A program made the position numbers and the translations under genes. From Azolla caroliniana (lineage: Eukaryota; Plantae; Polypodiophyta): 64,000 nt of DNA. The DNA is taken from the NCBI GenBank assembly GCA_043228905.1, contig JBHGNT010000018.1, forward strand, positions 3,844,001 to 3,908,000. The letters are read 5' to 3'. The notes beneath the pieces were generated by a model. The model had not been told where the DNA came from, ran no database searches, and worked only from the letters and a program-made list of their open reading frames with translations. Numbering within the stretch: the first letter of the stretch is position 1; each line of letters begins with the position of its first letter. Positions 9,932 through 22,556 of the stretch are shown piece by piece.

Positions 9932-12900
9932 ATGGAAGGCGGCGGCAGCGGGCAGCCGGGGATGATGGTGCTAAATGCACAAAATTACGCCGACTGGAAG
10001 ATCAAGATGGAGGATCTTCTGATTGTTCGGGACCTGTACGAACCGATTGACAGGTCGGAAATACCGAAAGGGGTACTTGAGTCGGAGTGGAAGCTCCTGA
10101 ACCGGAAAGCCGTAGCGACGATCCGACAATATGTCGATGTAAGCGTACTACAACATGTTGCAAACGACACCAACGCATATGAGATGTGGAAGAAGCTGTC
10201 GGGCCTCTACGAGAGGAAGAATGCGTTGAACCGGACCTCCCTGATGAGGAAGATAGTGAATCTCAAGTACCGGGACGGCGAGAGTATGGTGGAACACGTA
10301 AGCACGTTCATGGGATTCGTGAACCAGCTTGCGGCGATCAAGTTCCCGTTGGAGGATGCAATGCAAGCCATCATCCTTATGTGTACATTGCCGGAAAGCT
10401 GGGAGAACTTGGTGGTGACTCTCAGCACCTCGTGCACCGAAGATAACTTGTCCTTACAAACGGTAAAGACAAGTATTTTGAACGAAGAAGCGCGTCGGAG
10501 AGATAAAGAACCGGCCTCCGACACGAAGGCGCTGCTTACCGAATCGGATCGGGGAAGACAATGGAACCGGAGTCCGCAAAGACGGGAGAAGTCGGGGACC
10601 CGGTCGCAGTCAAGAGGAAGGCCTACATGCTTCCACTGTGGGAAGCCGGGGCACTTCCGAAAGAATTGTCGGCATTACCGAAAAGACAACGGAGCCGACG
10701 ACACCGATTCGAAGAAGTCACCGGAGAGAAACGGTGCATACCGGGGAGCCACGGACCGGAGAGGTTCGGATCGGCGAGGGCAGGACCGGAAAGGAACAAC
10801 GGCACTCGCGGCAAGTGAGGAAGAAATCATGCTCATCACCGAAGAAGGTGAACTAAACATTGCCGGCGATGAGACGACCTGGGTGGTCGATTCCGGAGCA
10901 TCGTTCCACCTGACCCCGGAGAGAAGATACTTCTCATCCTACACAGCCGGTGAGCATGGCTGTGTTCGGATGGGAAATGAAGGTACGTGCCGGATTGCCG
11001 GCATCGGAGACGTGTGGTTGACAACCCCGACCGGATGCAAAATGCTGCTAAAGGATGTCCGACACGTTCCGGAGGTCCGATTGAACCTGATCTCGGCCGG
11101 GAGGCTAGACGATGAAGGCTACACGGGTAGCATCCGGAACGGTGTCATGAAGTTCAGCAAAGGGAGCCTGATAGTGGCTCGGGCCCGGAAGGTCAACACA
11201 CTGTACCTGATGAATTCCCGGCTATGTCCGGAGGAGCTGAACGTGGCAGCCGACACTGCCGGTGAGCTGTGGCACAAGAGACTGTGCCACATGAGTGAGA
11301 AGGGGATGAAGAGGCTTGCAGAAGACAACCTTATTCCAGTGAAACAAGTGCACCTGGAGAAGTGCACCGACTGCCTGGCCGGTAAGCAGAACCGAGCCTC
11401 CTTCCACTCAAGGCCACCGACGAGACGTAGCGCACCATTGGAGTTGGTGCACACTGATGTGTGTCAGGTAGAAACAAAGTCACATGGCGGAGCCCAGTAC
11501 TTCGTAACGTTCATCGATGATTACAGTCGGAAGCTGTGGACGGCACCGTTGAAGACAAAGGACCAAGTGTTGTGCGTCTTCAAAGAACTTCACGCGAGAG
11601 TGGAAAGGGAATCCGGCAAGAAGCTGAAAGCGATATGAGCGGATAACGGAGGGGAATACCGGGGGCAGTTCCAGGAGTACTGTCGCTCGAAGGGAATCCG
11701 ACTCGAGTTTACTGTGCCGAAGACGCCGGAACTGAACGGGCTGGCCGAGAGGATGAACCGGACCATAATGGAGAGGGTCCGGAGTATGCTGGCGCATCGA
11801 TATTACCCAAGGGATTTTGGGCTGAGGCAATGTCGACGGCGACGTATGTGATAAATAGATCACCCTCAGTACCTTTGGACGGAGACACGCCGCAGAGAGT
11901 GTGGACCGGTAAGGAAGTGTCCTACCGGCACCTGAAGGTGTTCGGGTGTCTCGCATACGTACATGTGGCAAAGGACCGGAGAGGAAAGCTAGATCCGAAG
12001 ACCCGGCCATGCATATTCCTCGGTTACGGCGACGATGAGTTCGGCTACCGAGTATGGGACCCGGTCGACAAGAAGATATTCAGGAGTCGAGACATCATCT
12101 TCATGGAGGACAAGACACTCGCCGACTGGGAGTCGGAGAAGAAGATGAAGAGCTCCAAGTCGACCGGTGAGGATCAACTCTACGAGGAGCAGTCCCGACC
12201 GGCAAGGGACCGGTTAGCACTCGAGGATCTGGCCGAAGACGGTGAAGAAACCGAACCGGCCGAAGAAGACGAAAATGATACCGGAACCGGCCCCGATCCC
12301 GAAATGGATTCGGATGAAGAAGAATCGGAAGAACCGGTTACCGAAGCTCCCGAACGGAGATATCCTCTAAGAGAGAGGAGGGCCCCCCGGAGATTTCCGG
12401 ATCCAGAGCACGTGCTACTAACCGACGAGGGGGAGCCGGAGAGCTTTGAAGAAGCAAAGCACGACACCCAGAGCCGTAGGTGGTTGAGTGCCATGCAGGA
12501 CGAGATGGATTCCCTGCATGAGAACCACACATATGAACTTGTGGAGTTGCCGAAAGGAAAGTGGGCACTTCGAAACAAGTGGGTGTTCAAGCTGAAACCA
12601 GGAGATGCCGGAAACCCCCCGAGATACAAAGCCAGGATCTTGGTGAAGGGGTTTCAGCAGAAGAAGGGCGTCGACTTCGACGAGATATTTGCCCCGGTAG
12701 TGAAGATGACCTCCATCCGGACGGTGCTGAGCATAGCGGCAAGCATGGACCTCGAGGTAGAACAGATGGACGTGAAGACGGCATTCCTTCACGGTGACCT
12801 CGATGAAGAGATCTACATGCAGCAACCGGAAGGATTCGAGAAGAAAGGGAAGGAGCACCTGGTATGCCGGTTGAAGAAGAGCCTTTACGGACTGAAGCAG

Positions 12901-14004
12901 GCTCCCCGGCAATGGTACCGGAAATTCGACTCCTTCATGACCGACGAAGGGTACCTCAAAACGCAGTCCGACCACTGCGTGTTTGTGAAGAAGTTCGAAG
13001 GAGGAGACCTTCTAATACTCCTCCTGTACGTGGACGACATGTTGATCGTCGGACGGGACCAGGTCAAGATTCGGATGCTGAAGAAGGCTCTTCACCGAAC
13101 CTTCTCAATGAAGGACCTGGGTCCGGCGAGACAAATACTAGGGATGCATATCATCCGGGACCGGAAGAAGAAGCAGTTGTGGCTGTCACAGGAGAAGTAC
13201 GTGACGAAGGTGCTTCACCGGTTCAACATGTCGGAAGCAAGACCGGTCGGATCGACCCTCCCGGCAAACTGCAAGCTGTCCAGCAAGCAAAGTCCCAAGA
13301 CAAAGGCTGAAAAGGAGGATATGATGAAAGTGCCATATGCCTCTGCCGTCGGGAGCTTGATGTACGCGATGGTGTGTACCCGACCGGACATAGGATATGC
13401 AGTCGGAGTGGTGAGCCGGTACATGAGCAATCCCGGCAAAGAGCATTGGAACGCGGCCAAGTGGATACTCCGATACCTGAAGGGCACGGCAAACGTGTGC
13501 CTCCGATTCGGCTCCGGGAAGCCCGAACTCGACGGCTTCACCGATTCGGATATGTCGGCTGATGCAGATACTAGCCGGTCCACATCAGGGTATGTGATGA
13601 CGTATGCAGGGGGAGCTGTTTCATGGCAGTCGAGGCTGCAGAAGACGGTTGCGTTGTCAACCACGGAGGCGGAGTACATGGCGGCTGTTGAAGCTGGCAA
13701 GGAAATAATATGGATGAAGGACTTCATCAGAGAGCTCGGAATCCAGCAGGAGGAGTACCGACTCTACTGCGACAGTCAGAGTGCAATCCACCTTGCGAAG
13801 AACGCGGCCTATCACTCCCGGACGAAGCACATCCAGCGAAGATATCACTGGATCCGGGAAAGGATAGAAGACAAGGAGTTCGTGCTGACAAAGATCCACA
13901 CGGACGAGAACGGGTCGGATATGCTGACCAAGGTCCTCATACCCGACAAGCTGGAAGCATGCCGGAAGAGGATCGGATTGGAAAGACATCCCATGCCGAA
14001 GTGA
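9932..14004 (+). pseudogene. Copia C1 gag-pol (Gag-CCHC, PR, IN, RT, RNase H), disrupted
   Basis: CFHCGKPGHFRKNC, WVVDSGASFH, GAG-pre-integrase WHKRLCH, integrase core, RT LLLYVDDML, RNase H DSD/YCDSQ. Relative to C2 it has CGA>TGA at 11636-11638 and a 1-bp deletion near 11797. Confidence 0.95.
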
Positions 14005-14014
14005 AGGGGGAGTT

Positions 14015-14615
14015 TGTTGGAATTACGGTCCCTTCGGATGGGATGGTCGGATGTCAATGCCGACGAGCCCGGTTTCGGTTTCGGATCCGGATGACGAAGA
14101 CCCCGGCTTCGGTGCCGGATGACGGATGTACCCGGAGAGCGATCCGGATGCAGGGACATATCCGTGAATATGTTCGCTATGGGCCCCTGAGGCTATAGTC
14201 GTAAATAGCCCAAAGTCATATAAGTATAAATATGACTTAGGGCAAACAGTTTTATAGTTGCTACTCATTTTTCTGTTTTTCCACTCAAGAGGAGTGAAGA
14301 GAGAGCAGCCGTGAGAGAGAGAGAGAGATAGAGCGCGAGAGAGGAAGAGGTAGACGCCTCTGTGTATTTCCGCCGCCTGTGGCGAGAACAGCGAGCTCAA
14401 GGTCGTCGCCTTGCAGCTCGTCATTGTATACTTCTCTTTGTATAGTGTTGTTTGGAGCCTAGTACTCCCGTGGTTTTTCCCATCTAGGGTTTTCCACGTT
14501 AATCCCTGTGTACTCGTGTGTTTCTCTCTTTGGTTCCTATTTTCTGCTCCATTGATCCGCGATTAATCGGTTGTGGCCGAGCGGAGAAGGTGAATAGAAG
14601 AGTCGATTCTCAACA
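14015..14615 (+). repeat. 3' LTR of Copia C1
   Basis: Copy of 9301-9901 followed by TSD CTTTG. Confidence 0.97.
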
Positions 14616-14620
14616 CTTTG

Positions 14621-15581
14621 TACATGCTTGGCCACCAATACTTTTCCTTCAACTTTTCGAACGTCACCCATGTTCCTCTATGACCTGCCCAAGCACTCTC
14701 GTGGAATTTGGTCATCAACGTCACTTGCTCTTCTTTCTTCACCACCACTCGGCGTGGTATTCTCGTCCTTCTTTTTGGGTGTTGCCAACGGAATCCTCCC
14801 TTTAGGAAGTATCAATAAGCTTTCTTCCGGATTCGTAGAGCCTCCTCCTTTGTCAATGAAGCATCCGTTGTCATTGTTCTTAAGAATCTGCCGATCAATA
14901 ACCACTCTCCTTCGTACTCGTCCTCGTTGAAGGCATGGAGGGTTAGCATGTCCTTGTCTTCCACAAATAATCGATCCATCTGAAGAAGTCGAGGGTGACG
15001 TCTTCATCTTCCGAAACCATGTCACTTTCACTTTCAAATCTTGCCCTTAATAGCATATCATCCATCGCATTCTTCTTGCCTCCAATGTGGCTGATCTTTA
15101 GGCTTAAAGACTTGATATAGGCGATCCACCTTACCATAGCTAAATCTAGGGTCGCACATCTCGATATCATTCTGAGGATTGGGAGACAATCTGTCTCTAT
15201 TATCACTTCCGACCCAATCAGGTAATCTTTGCCCGCCTTCACTGCCGACACAATACCCCAAAGTTCTCGCTTGACTTGGGCGTATCTTTGTTGCCGTTCG
15301 CTGAGAACTTTTGCTCCGAACCGAATGGCATACCGCGCATTATCTTCTCCTTCTTGGTTGATGACCCACCCGATTCCGGTTGGGCTCGTATCTACAGTCA
15401 CATAAATCGGCTTTCCTTCGGTATAGTCGGCCTTTCTTAGTGTTGGAGCTTCAAGAAGTAGTTTCTTCAATCTTCAGATCACGTTCGTGTGCTCGACACG
15501 CCATTCGAACTTCACTCTTTTCTTTAGCAATCCATATAAGGGCTCGACGACATGAGCGTAGTACGAAATCCATATATGGTA
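14621..15581 (-). pseudogene. Gypsy B RNase H and integrase zinc-finger fragment between C1 and C2
   Basis: ORF 14943-15470 (YVTVDTSPTG, QVKRELWG, IETDCLP) and FHESAWAGHRGTW, both homologous to A. Confidence 0.9.
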
Positions 15582-15586
15582 AAATG

Positions 15587-16003
15587 TGTTGGGATTTCGG
15601 TCCCTCCGGATGGGATGTCCGGAGATGAATGACGGCAAGCCCGGTTGCGGTTACGGAGCCGGATGATGAAGACCCCGGCTACGGAGCCGGATGATGAATA
15701 TCCCGGTTACGGAGCCGGATGATGAAGACCCCGGCTACGGAGCCGGATGATGAATACCCCGGTTACGGAGCCGGATGCTGAAGACCCCGGTTACGGAGCC
15801 GGATGCTGAAGACCCCGGTTACGGAGCCGGATGACGAATGTACCCGGAGAGAGATCCGGATGCGGGGACATATTTGTGAATATGTTTTGCCAAGAGCCCT
15901 TGAGGCTATATTTGTAAATAGCCCGAAAGTCATATGTGTATAAATATGACTTAGGGGAAACAGTTTAGATGTTGTTGCTCATTTTTATGCGAAGTGAGAG
16001 CAG

Positions 16004-16038
<35 letters not shown>

Positions 16039-16303
16039 GAAGAGGTCGTTGCCTCTGTGTATTACCGCCGCCTGTGGCGAAGACTGTGAGCTCAAGGTTG
16101 TTGCCTTGTAGCTTCACCAGTGTACATCCCTGTTCATAGTGATAGTTGGAGTTTGAGGACTCCCGTGGTTTTTTCCCATTTAGGGTTTTTCCACGTAAAA
16201 TATCCAGTGTACCTTTCTCTCTATTGTCCTCGTGCACTTTGTATTTCCCATTTTCTGTGAGTTGATCCTATTCCTCGGTTGTGGCCGAGCACTGTTTTCA
16301 ACA
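15587..16303 (+). repeat. 5' LTR of Copia C2
   Basis: TGTTG...CAACA ends; repeated at 20419-21137. Confidence 0.97.
15649..15845 (+). repeat. Seven 28-bp tandem repeats in the C2 LTR U3 (also at 20481-20677)
   Basis: Unit GGTTACGGAGCCGGATGATGAAGACCCC, head to tail with no spacers. Confidence 0.9.
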
Positions 16304-16334
16304 AAGTGGTATCAGAGCGACGGTAACACAGAAA

Positions 16335-19300
16335 ATGGAAGGCGGCGGTAGTTGGCCTCCGGGCATGATGGTGTTGAACTCACAGAACTACGCCGACTGG
16401 AAGATAAAGATGGAAGACCTCCTCATCGTCCGAGACCTGTACGAACCGATCGACAATGCCGAGATACCCAAGGGAGTAATAGAGTCGGAGTGGAAGCTCC
16501 TGAACCGGAAAGCCGTAGCGACGATTCGGCAATATGTCGATGTAAGCGTCCTACAACATGTGGCGAACGACACCAACGCATATGAGATGTGGAAGAAGCT
16601 GTCGGGCCTCTACGAGAGGAAGAATGCGTTGAACCGGACCTCCCTGATGAGGAAGATAGTGAACCTCAAGTACCGGGACGGCGAGAGTATGGTGGAACAC
16701 GTGAGCACGTTCATGGGATTCGTGAACCAGCTTGCGGCGATCAAGTTCCCGTTGGAGGATGCAATGCAAGCCATCATTCTGATGTGTACATTGCCGGAAA
16801 GCTGGGAGAACTTGGTGGTGACTCTCAGCACCTCCTGCACCGAAGATAACTTGTCTCTACAAACGGTAAAGGCAAGCATTTTGAACGAAGAAGCGCGTCG
16901 GAGAGATAAAGAACCGGCCTCCGACTCGAAGGCGCTACTTACCGAATCGGAACGGGGAAGACAATGGAACCAGAGTCCGCAAAGACGGGAGAAGTCGGGG
17001 ACCCGGTCGCAGTCAAAAGGAAGACCCACATGCTTCCACTGTGGGAAGCCGGGGCACTTCCGGAAGAATTGTCGGCATTACCGAAAGGACAACGGAGCCG
17101 ACGACACCGATTCGAAGAAGTCACCGGAGAGAAACGGTGCATACCGGGGAGCCACGGACCGGAGAGGTCCGGATCGGCGAGGGCAGGACCGGAAAGGAAC
17201 GACGGCACTCGCGGCAAGTGAGGAAGAAATCATGCTCATTACCGAAGAGAGGGAGCTGAACCTTGCCGGTGTAGAGATGACCTGGGTGGTCGATTCCGGA
17301 GCGTCGTTCCACCTGACCCCGGAGAAGAAATACTTCTCATCCTACACAGCCGGTGAGCACGGCTGTGTCCGGATGGGAAATGAAGGTACGTGCCGGATTG
17401 CCGGCGCAGGAGACGTGTGGTTGACAACCTCGACCGGATGCAAAATGTTGTTGAAGGATGTCAGACACGTTCCGGAGGTTCGATTGAACCTGATTTCGGC
17501 CGGGAGGCTAGACAATGAAGGCTACACGGGTAGCATCCGGAACGGTGTCATGAAGTTCAGCAAGGGGAGCCTGATAGTGGCTCGGGCCCGGAAGGTCAAC
17601 ACACTGTACCTGATGAATTCCCGGCTATGTCCGGAGGAGCTGAACGTGGCAGCCGACACTGCCGGTGAGCTGTGGCACAAGAGACTGTGCCACATGAGTG
17701 AGAAGGGGATGAAGAGGCTTGCAGAAGACAACCTTATTCCAGTGAAGCATGTGCACCTGGAGAAGTGCACCGATGGCCTGGCCGGTAAGCAGAACCGAAC
17801 CTCCTTCCACTCAAGGCCACCAGCGAGACGTAGCGCACCATTGGAGTTGGTGCACACTGATGTGTGCCAGGTAGAAACGAAGTCACATGGCGGAGCCCAG
17901 TACTTCGTAACATTCATAGATGATCATAGCCGAAAACTGTGGACGGCACCGATGAAGACAAAGGACCAAGTGTTGTCCGTCTTCAAAGAACTCCACGCGA
18001 GAGTGGAAAGAGAATCCGGCAAGAAGCTGAAAGCGATACGAACGGATAACGGAGGGGAATACCGGGGGCAGTTCGCGGAGTACTGTCGCTCGAAAGGAAT
18101 CCGGCTCGAGTTTACTGTGCCGAAGACGCCGGAACTGAACGGGCTGGCCGAGAGGATGAACCGAACCATAATGGAGAGGGTCCGGAGTATGTTGGCGCAT
18201 GCGAAATTACCCAAGGGGTTTTGGGCTGAGGCAATGTCGACGGCGACATATGTGATAAACATATCACCCTCAGTACCTTTGGACGGAGACACGCCGCAGA
18301 GAGTGTGGACCGGTAGGGAAGTATCTTACCGGCATCTGAAGGTGTTCGGGTGTCTCGCATACGTGCATGTGGCAAAGGACCGGAGAGGAAAGCTAGATCC
18401 AAAGACCCGGCCATGCATATTCCTCGGTTACGGCGACGACGAGTTCGGCTACCGAGTATGGGACCCGGTCGACAAGAAGATATTCAGGAGTTGAGACATC
18501 ATCTTCATGGAGGACAAGACACTCGCCGACTGGGAGTCGGAGAAGAAGATGAAGAGCTCCAAGTCGACCGGTGAGGATCAACTCTACGAGGAGCAGTCCC
18601 GACCGGCAAGGGACCGGTTAGCACTCGAGGATCCGGCCGAAGACGGTGATGGACCAGAACCGGCCGAAGAAGATGAAAATGATACCGGAACCGGCCCCGA
18701 TCCCGAAATGGATTCGGATGAAGAGGAAATGGAGCAGCCGGTTACCGAAGCTCCGGAACGGAGATACCCTCTAAGAGAGAGAAGGGCCCCCCGGAGATTT
18801 CCGGAACCAGAGCACGTGCTGCTAACCGACGAGGGGGAGCCGGAGAGCTTTGAAGAAGCAAAGCATGACACCCAGAGCCGCAGGTGGTTAAGTGCCATGC
18901 AGGACGAGATGGATTCCCTGCATGAGAACCACACATATGAACTTGTGGAGTTGCCGAAAGGAAAGCGGGCACTTCGAAACAAGTGGGTGTTCAAGCTGAA
19001 ACCGGGAGATGCCGGAAACCCCCCGAGATACAAAGCCAGGATCGTGGTGAAGGGGTTCCAGCAGAAGAAGGGCGTCGACTTCGACGAGATATTTGCCCCG
19101 GTAGTGAAGATGACCTCCATCCGGACGGTGCTGAGCATAGCGGCAAGCATGGACCTCGAGGTAGAACAGATGGACGTGAAGACGGCATTCCTTCACGGTG
19201 ACCTCGAAGAAGAGATCTACATGCAGCAACCGGAAGGATTCGAGAAGAAAGGGAAGGAGCACCTGGTATGCCGGTTGAAGAAGAGCCTTTACGGACTGAA

Positions 19301-20408
19301 GCAGGCTCCCCGGCAATGGTACCGGAAGTTCGACTCCTTCATGACCGACGAAGGGTACCACAAAACGCAGTCCGATCACTGCGTGTTTGTGAAGAAGTTC
19401 GAAGGAGGAGACTCTCTAATACTCCTCCTGTACGTGGACGACATGTTGATCGTCGGACGGGACCAGGGCAAGATACAGATGCTAAAGAAAGCACTTCACC
19501 GAACCTTCTCAATGAAGGACCTGGGTCCGGCGAGGCAAATACTAGGGATGCACATCATCCGAGACCGGAAGAAGAAGCAGTTGTGGCTGTCACAGGAGAA
19601 GTACGTAACAAAGGTGCTTCACCGGTTCAGCATGTCGGAAGCAAGACCGGTCGGGTCAACCCTCCCGACAAACTGCAAGTTGTCCAGCAAGAAAAGCCCC
19701 AAGACTAAGGCTGAGAAGGAGGACATGATGAAAGTACCATATGCCTCTGCCATCGGAAGCTTGATGTACGCAATGGTGTGTACAAGACCGGACATAGGAT
19801 ACGCAGTCGGAGTGGTGAGCCGGTACATGAGCAATCCCGGCAAGGAGCACTGGAACGCGGCCAAGTGGATACTCCGATACCTGAAGGGCATGGCAAACGT
19901 GTGCCTCCGATTCGGCTCCGGTAAGCCCGAACTCGACGGCTTTACCGATTCGGATATGTCGGCTGATGCAGATACCAGCCGGTCCACATCAGGGTATGTG
20001 ATGACGTATGCAGGGGGAGCTGTTTCGTGGCAGTCGAGGCTGCAGAAGACGGTTGCGTTGTCAACCACGGAGGCGGAGTACATGGCGGCTGTTGAAGCCG
20101 GCAAGGAAATAATATGGATGAAGGACTTCATTAGAGAGCTCGGTATCCGGCAGGAGGAGTACCGACTCTACTGCGACAGTCAGAGTGCCATCCACCTTGC
20201 GAAGAACGCGGCCTATCACTCTCGGACGAAGCACATCCAGCGAAGATATCACTGGATCCGGGAAAGGATAGAAGACCAGGAGTTCGTGCTGACGAAGATC
20301 CACACGGACGAGAACGGCTCAGATATGCTGACCAAAGTGCTCACACCCGACAAGCTGGAAGCATGCCGGAAGAGGATCGGATTGGAGAGACATCCCATGC
20401 CGAAGTGA
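16335..20408 (+). pseudogene. Copia C2 gag-pol polyprotein with a single premature stop
   Basis: ATG at 16335; ORFs 16281-18494 and 18507-20408 are in the same frame. TGA at 18492-18494 where C1 has CGA. Confidence 0.95.
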
Positions 20409-20418
20409 AGGGGGAGTT

Positions 20419-20835
20419 TGTTGGGATTTCGGTCCCTCCGGATGGGATGTCCGGAGATGAATGACGGCAAGCCCGGTTGCGGTTACGGAGCCGGATGATG
20501 AAGACCCCGGCTACGGAGCCGGATGATGAATATCCCGGTTACGGAGCCGGATGATGAAGACCCCGGCTACGGAGCCGGATGATGAATACCCCGGTTACGG
20601 AGCCGGATGCTGAAGACCCCGGTTACGGAGCCGGATGCTGAAGACCCCGGTTACGGAGCCGGATGACGAATGTACCCGGAGAGAGATCCGGATGCGGGGA
20701 CATATTTGTGAATATGTTTTGCCAAGAGCCCTTGAGGCTATATTTGTAAATAGCCCGAAAGTCATATGTGTATAAATATGACTTAGGGGAAACAGTTTAG
20801 ATGTTGTTGCTCATTTTTATGCGAAGTGAGAGCAG

Positions 20836-20872
<37 letters not shown>

Positions 20873-21137
20873 GAAGAGGTCGTTGCCTCTGTGTATTACC
20901 GCCGCCTGTGGCGAAGACTGTGAGCTCAAGGTTGTTGCCTTGTAGCTTCACCAGTGTACATCCCTGTTCATAGTGATAGTTGGAGTTTGAGGACTCCCGT
21001 GGTTTTTTCCCATTTAGGGTTTTTCCACGTAAAATATCCAGTGTACCTTTCTCTCTATTGTCCTCGTGCACTTTGTATTTCCCGTTTTCTGTGAGTTGAT
21101 CCTATTCCTCGGTTGTGGCCGAGCACTGTTTTCAACA
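20419..21137 (+). repeat. 3' LTR of Copia C2
   Basis: Copy of 15587-16303 followed by TSD AAATG. Confidence 0.97.
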
Positions 21138-21142
21138 AAATG

Positions 21143-22556
21143 TGCATGCTCCAAGGAACCTTCGAACCTCCATTTGGTTTACGCATTCTTCTTTCATGTC
21201 TTGGACCGCGTTCACCTTTCATGGCGAAGGCTTTCCGCCGTATGGTCTACATAAGTGACCTACTACCAAGATCTTCGGTTGCCCAAATGCGGATTTCTCT
21301 CTCGAAAATGTCAAATTCGCGTATTTGAGTCTTTGGAGCACCTTCTCGCAATCTTTCATATGATCCGCGACGAACTTTCTACACCCTTCCTTATCTTTTG
21401 ATTCATTCTTCTCTTCATCTGAACATCCTTTTATTGGAATACCATCCAAGAATTGCATCGTGATGTCCGGGATGCAATCCTTCAAGACCTTGTTCATGGC
21501 ATTCACCATATGAGCCACCGAGTTCGTTGCACCTTGAGGTAAGGTACACATCCGCACGAGCCCGATCGAAGTCCTCATGATTGTAATGTCACAACTGTCG
21601 ATCTCCAATTGGAATTGGTCATATCCGGAGTAGAGATCACCAATGGAGTAGATGGACCGGCCCGCAAACGCCTTGGCAAATTCGTCCATGCTCGGACCGA
21701 TTCCAGCATTTCGAATTGTCACCTTGTTGATGGGTTGAAGATCTTGGATGAATCGCAATGATCCATTCTTCTTCAGCACCGTGAACCACCTATTAGAGTA
21801 AGAAGCATTCGATGGTTCTAGAATACCCATATTCACTTTCTCCTTTAAGAGCTCGATCAGCTTCGGAAGGTGCGCTCTTGGAACTGGTATCGGTTTCAAA
21901 TTCCAAGGCACATGCGGCACCGTGAAGATCACCATCGGCTCTATAATCTTTGGGTCGACACATCCGATTTCTTGGGGAGAGAACGTGAAGGCTTTCCCAT
22001 GCCTTTAAAGCATTTCACGAAACTTTTGCTCCTCTTCAGGGAGGAGGAAATCCTCCTTTCCAACTTGTAGCTTTCTTTTCGTCTCTTCGGTGAAGACATG
22101 ACCTATTGTCTTTGGCGGAACCGCAACTGGCTTGATCTTCTTGTCCACCGTTTTATATTTTGTGTTAACTTTAGCTTCCTCCATCAAGATGCCATGATAG
22201 TATTCATCGATGATAGCGTACATGTTGACGGAGTTAACCGAAATCACGCGTTGGTCGTGAAGATAGCTCAAGTCCATGACATCCTCGATTTCGACGATGG
22301 TGTCGTTAAATGAGGCTTCTTCCATAATATGAGTCACGAACTCTTCTTCTTCTATTATGTTTTCTTCTTTCAACATCTTCTCGAATTCTTGTATCCGACG
22401 TTTGTCCTTCTTATCGGGTAGTACTAGTTTACATGTGCCATTAGGTGTGACACATGTTGCTTCTCGTCGCAATCCATGCACTCTTCTTTCTTGTGGGGAC
22501 TTGTGATCGCTCGGACTATTTGTGCCTCATGCTTCAATGGTCCGCTCTAAAAATCC
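21143..22556 (-). pseudogene. Gypsy B spacer and reverse transcriptase (decayed)
   Basis: ORFs 22005-22481 (KYKTVDKKIKPV) and 21219-21935 (GDLYSGYDQF, LPQGATNSVAH, FLDG, a mutated FLDD). Confidence 0.9.

Larger units (their letters stand above)
9301..14615 (+). mobile_element. Ty1/Copia element C1 (Tnt1/Tork-like), full length, very young
   Basis: LTRs 9301-9901 and 14015-14615 (601 bp, no difference found by eye). TSD CTTTG at 9296-9300 and 14616-14620. PBS TGGTATCAGAGC (iMet) at 9905-9916. PPT GAAGGGGGAG at about 14003-14012. Confidence 0.97.
15587..21137 (+). mobile_element. Ty1/Copia element C2 (same family as C1), full length, very young
   Basis: LTRs 15587-16303 and 20419-21137 differ by one AG unit and about one substitution. 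TSD AAATG at 15582-15586 and 21138-21142. PBS at 16307-16318; PPT at about 20407-20416. Confidence 0.97.

Noticed and set aside
15649-15845. 28-bp repeats as a CRISPR array
   Set aside because: Units are head to tail with no unique spacers, lie inside both LTRs of a eukaryotic retroelement, and no cas genes are present.
16281-16334. N-terminal extension of the C2 polyprotein starting inside the LTR
   Set aside because: It starts at GTG and is absent from C1; the shared ATG is at 16335.
397-21137. Numerous overlapping 60-220 aa ORFs as extra or antisense genes
   Set aside because: Expected shadow ORFs of GC-rich gag-pol sequence; no domain signatures, and many differ in extent between C1 and C2.
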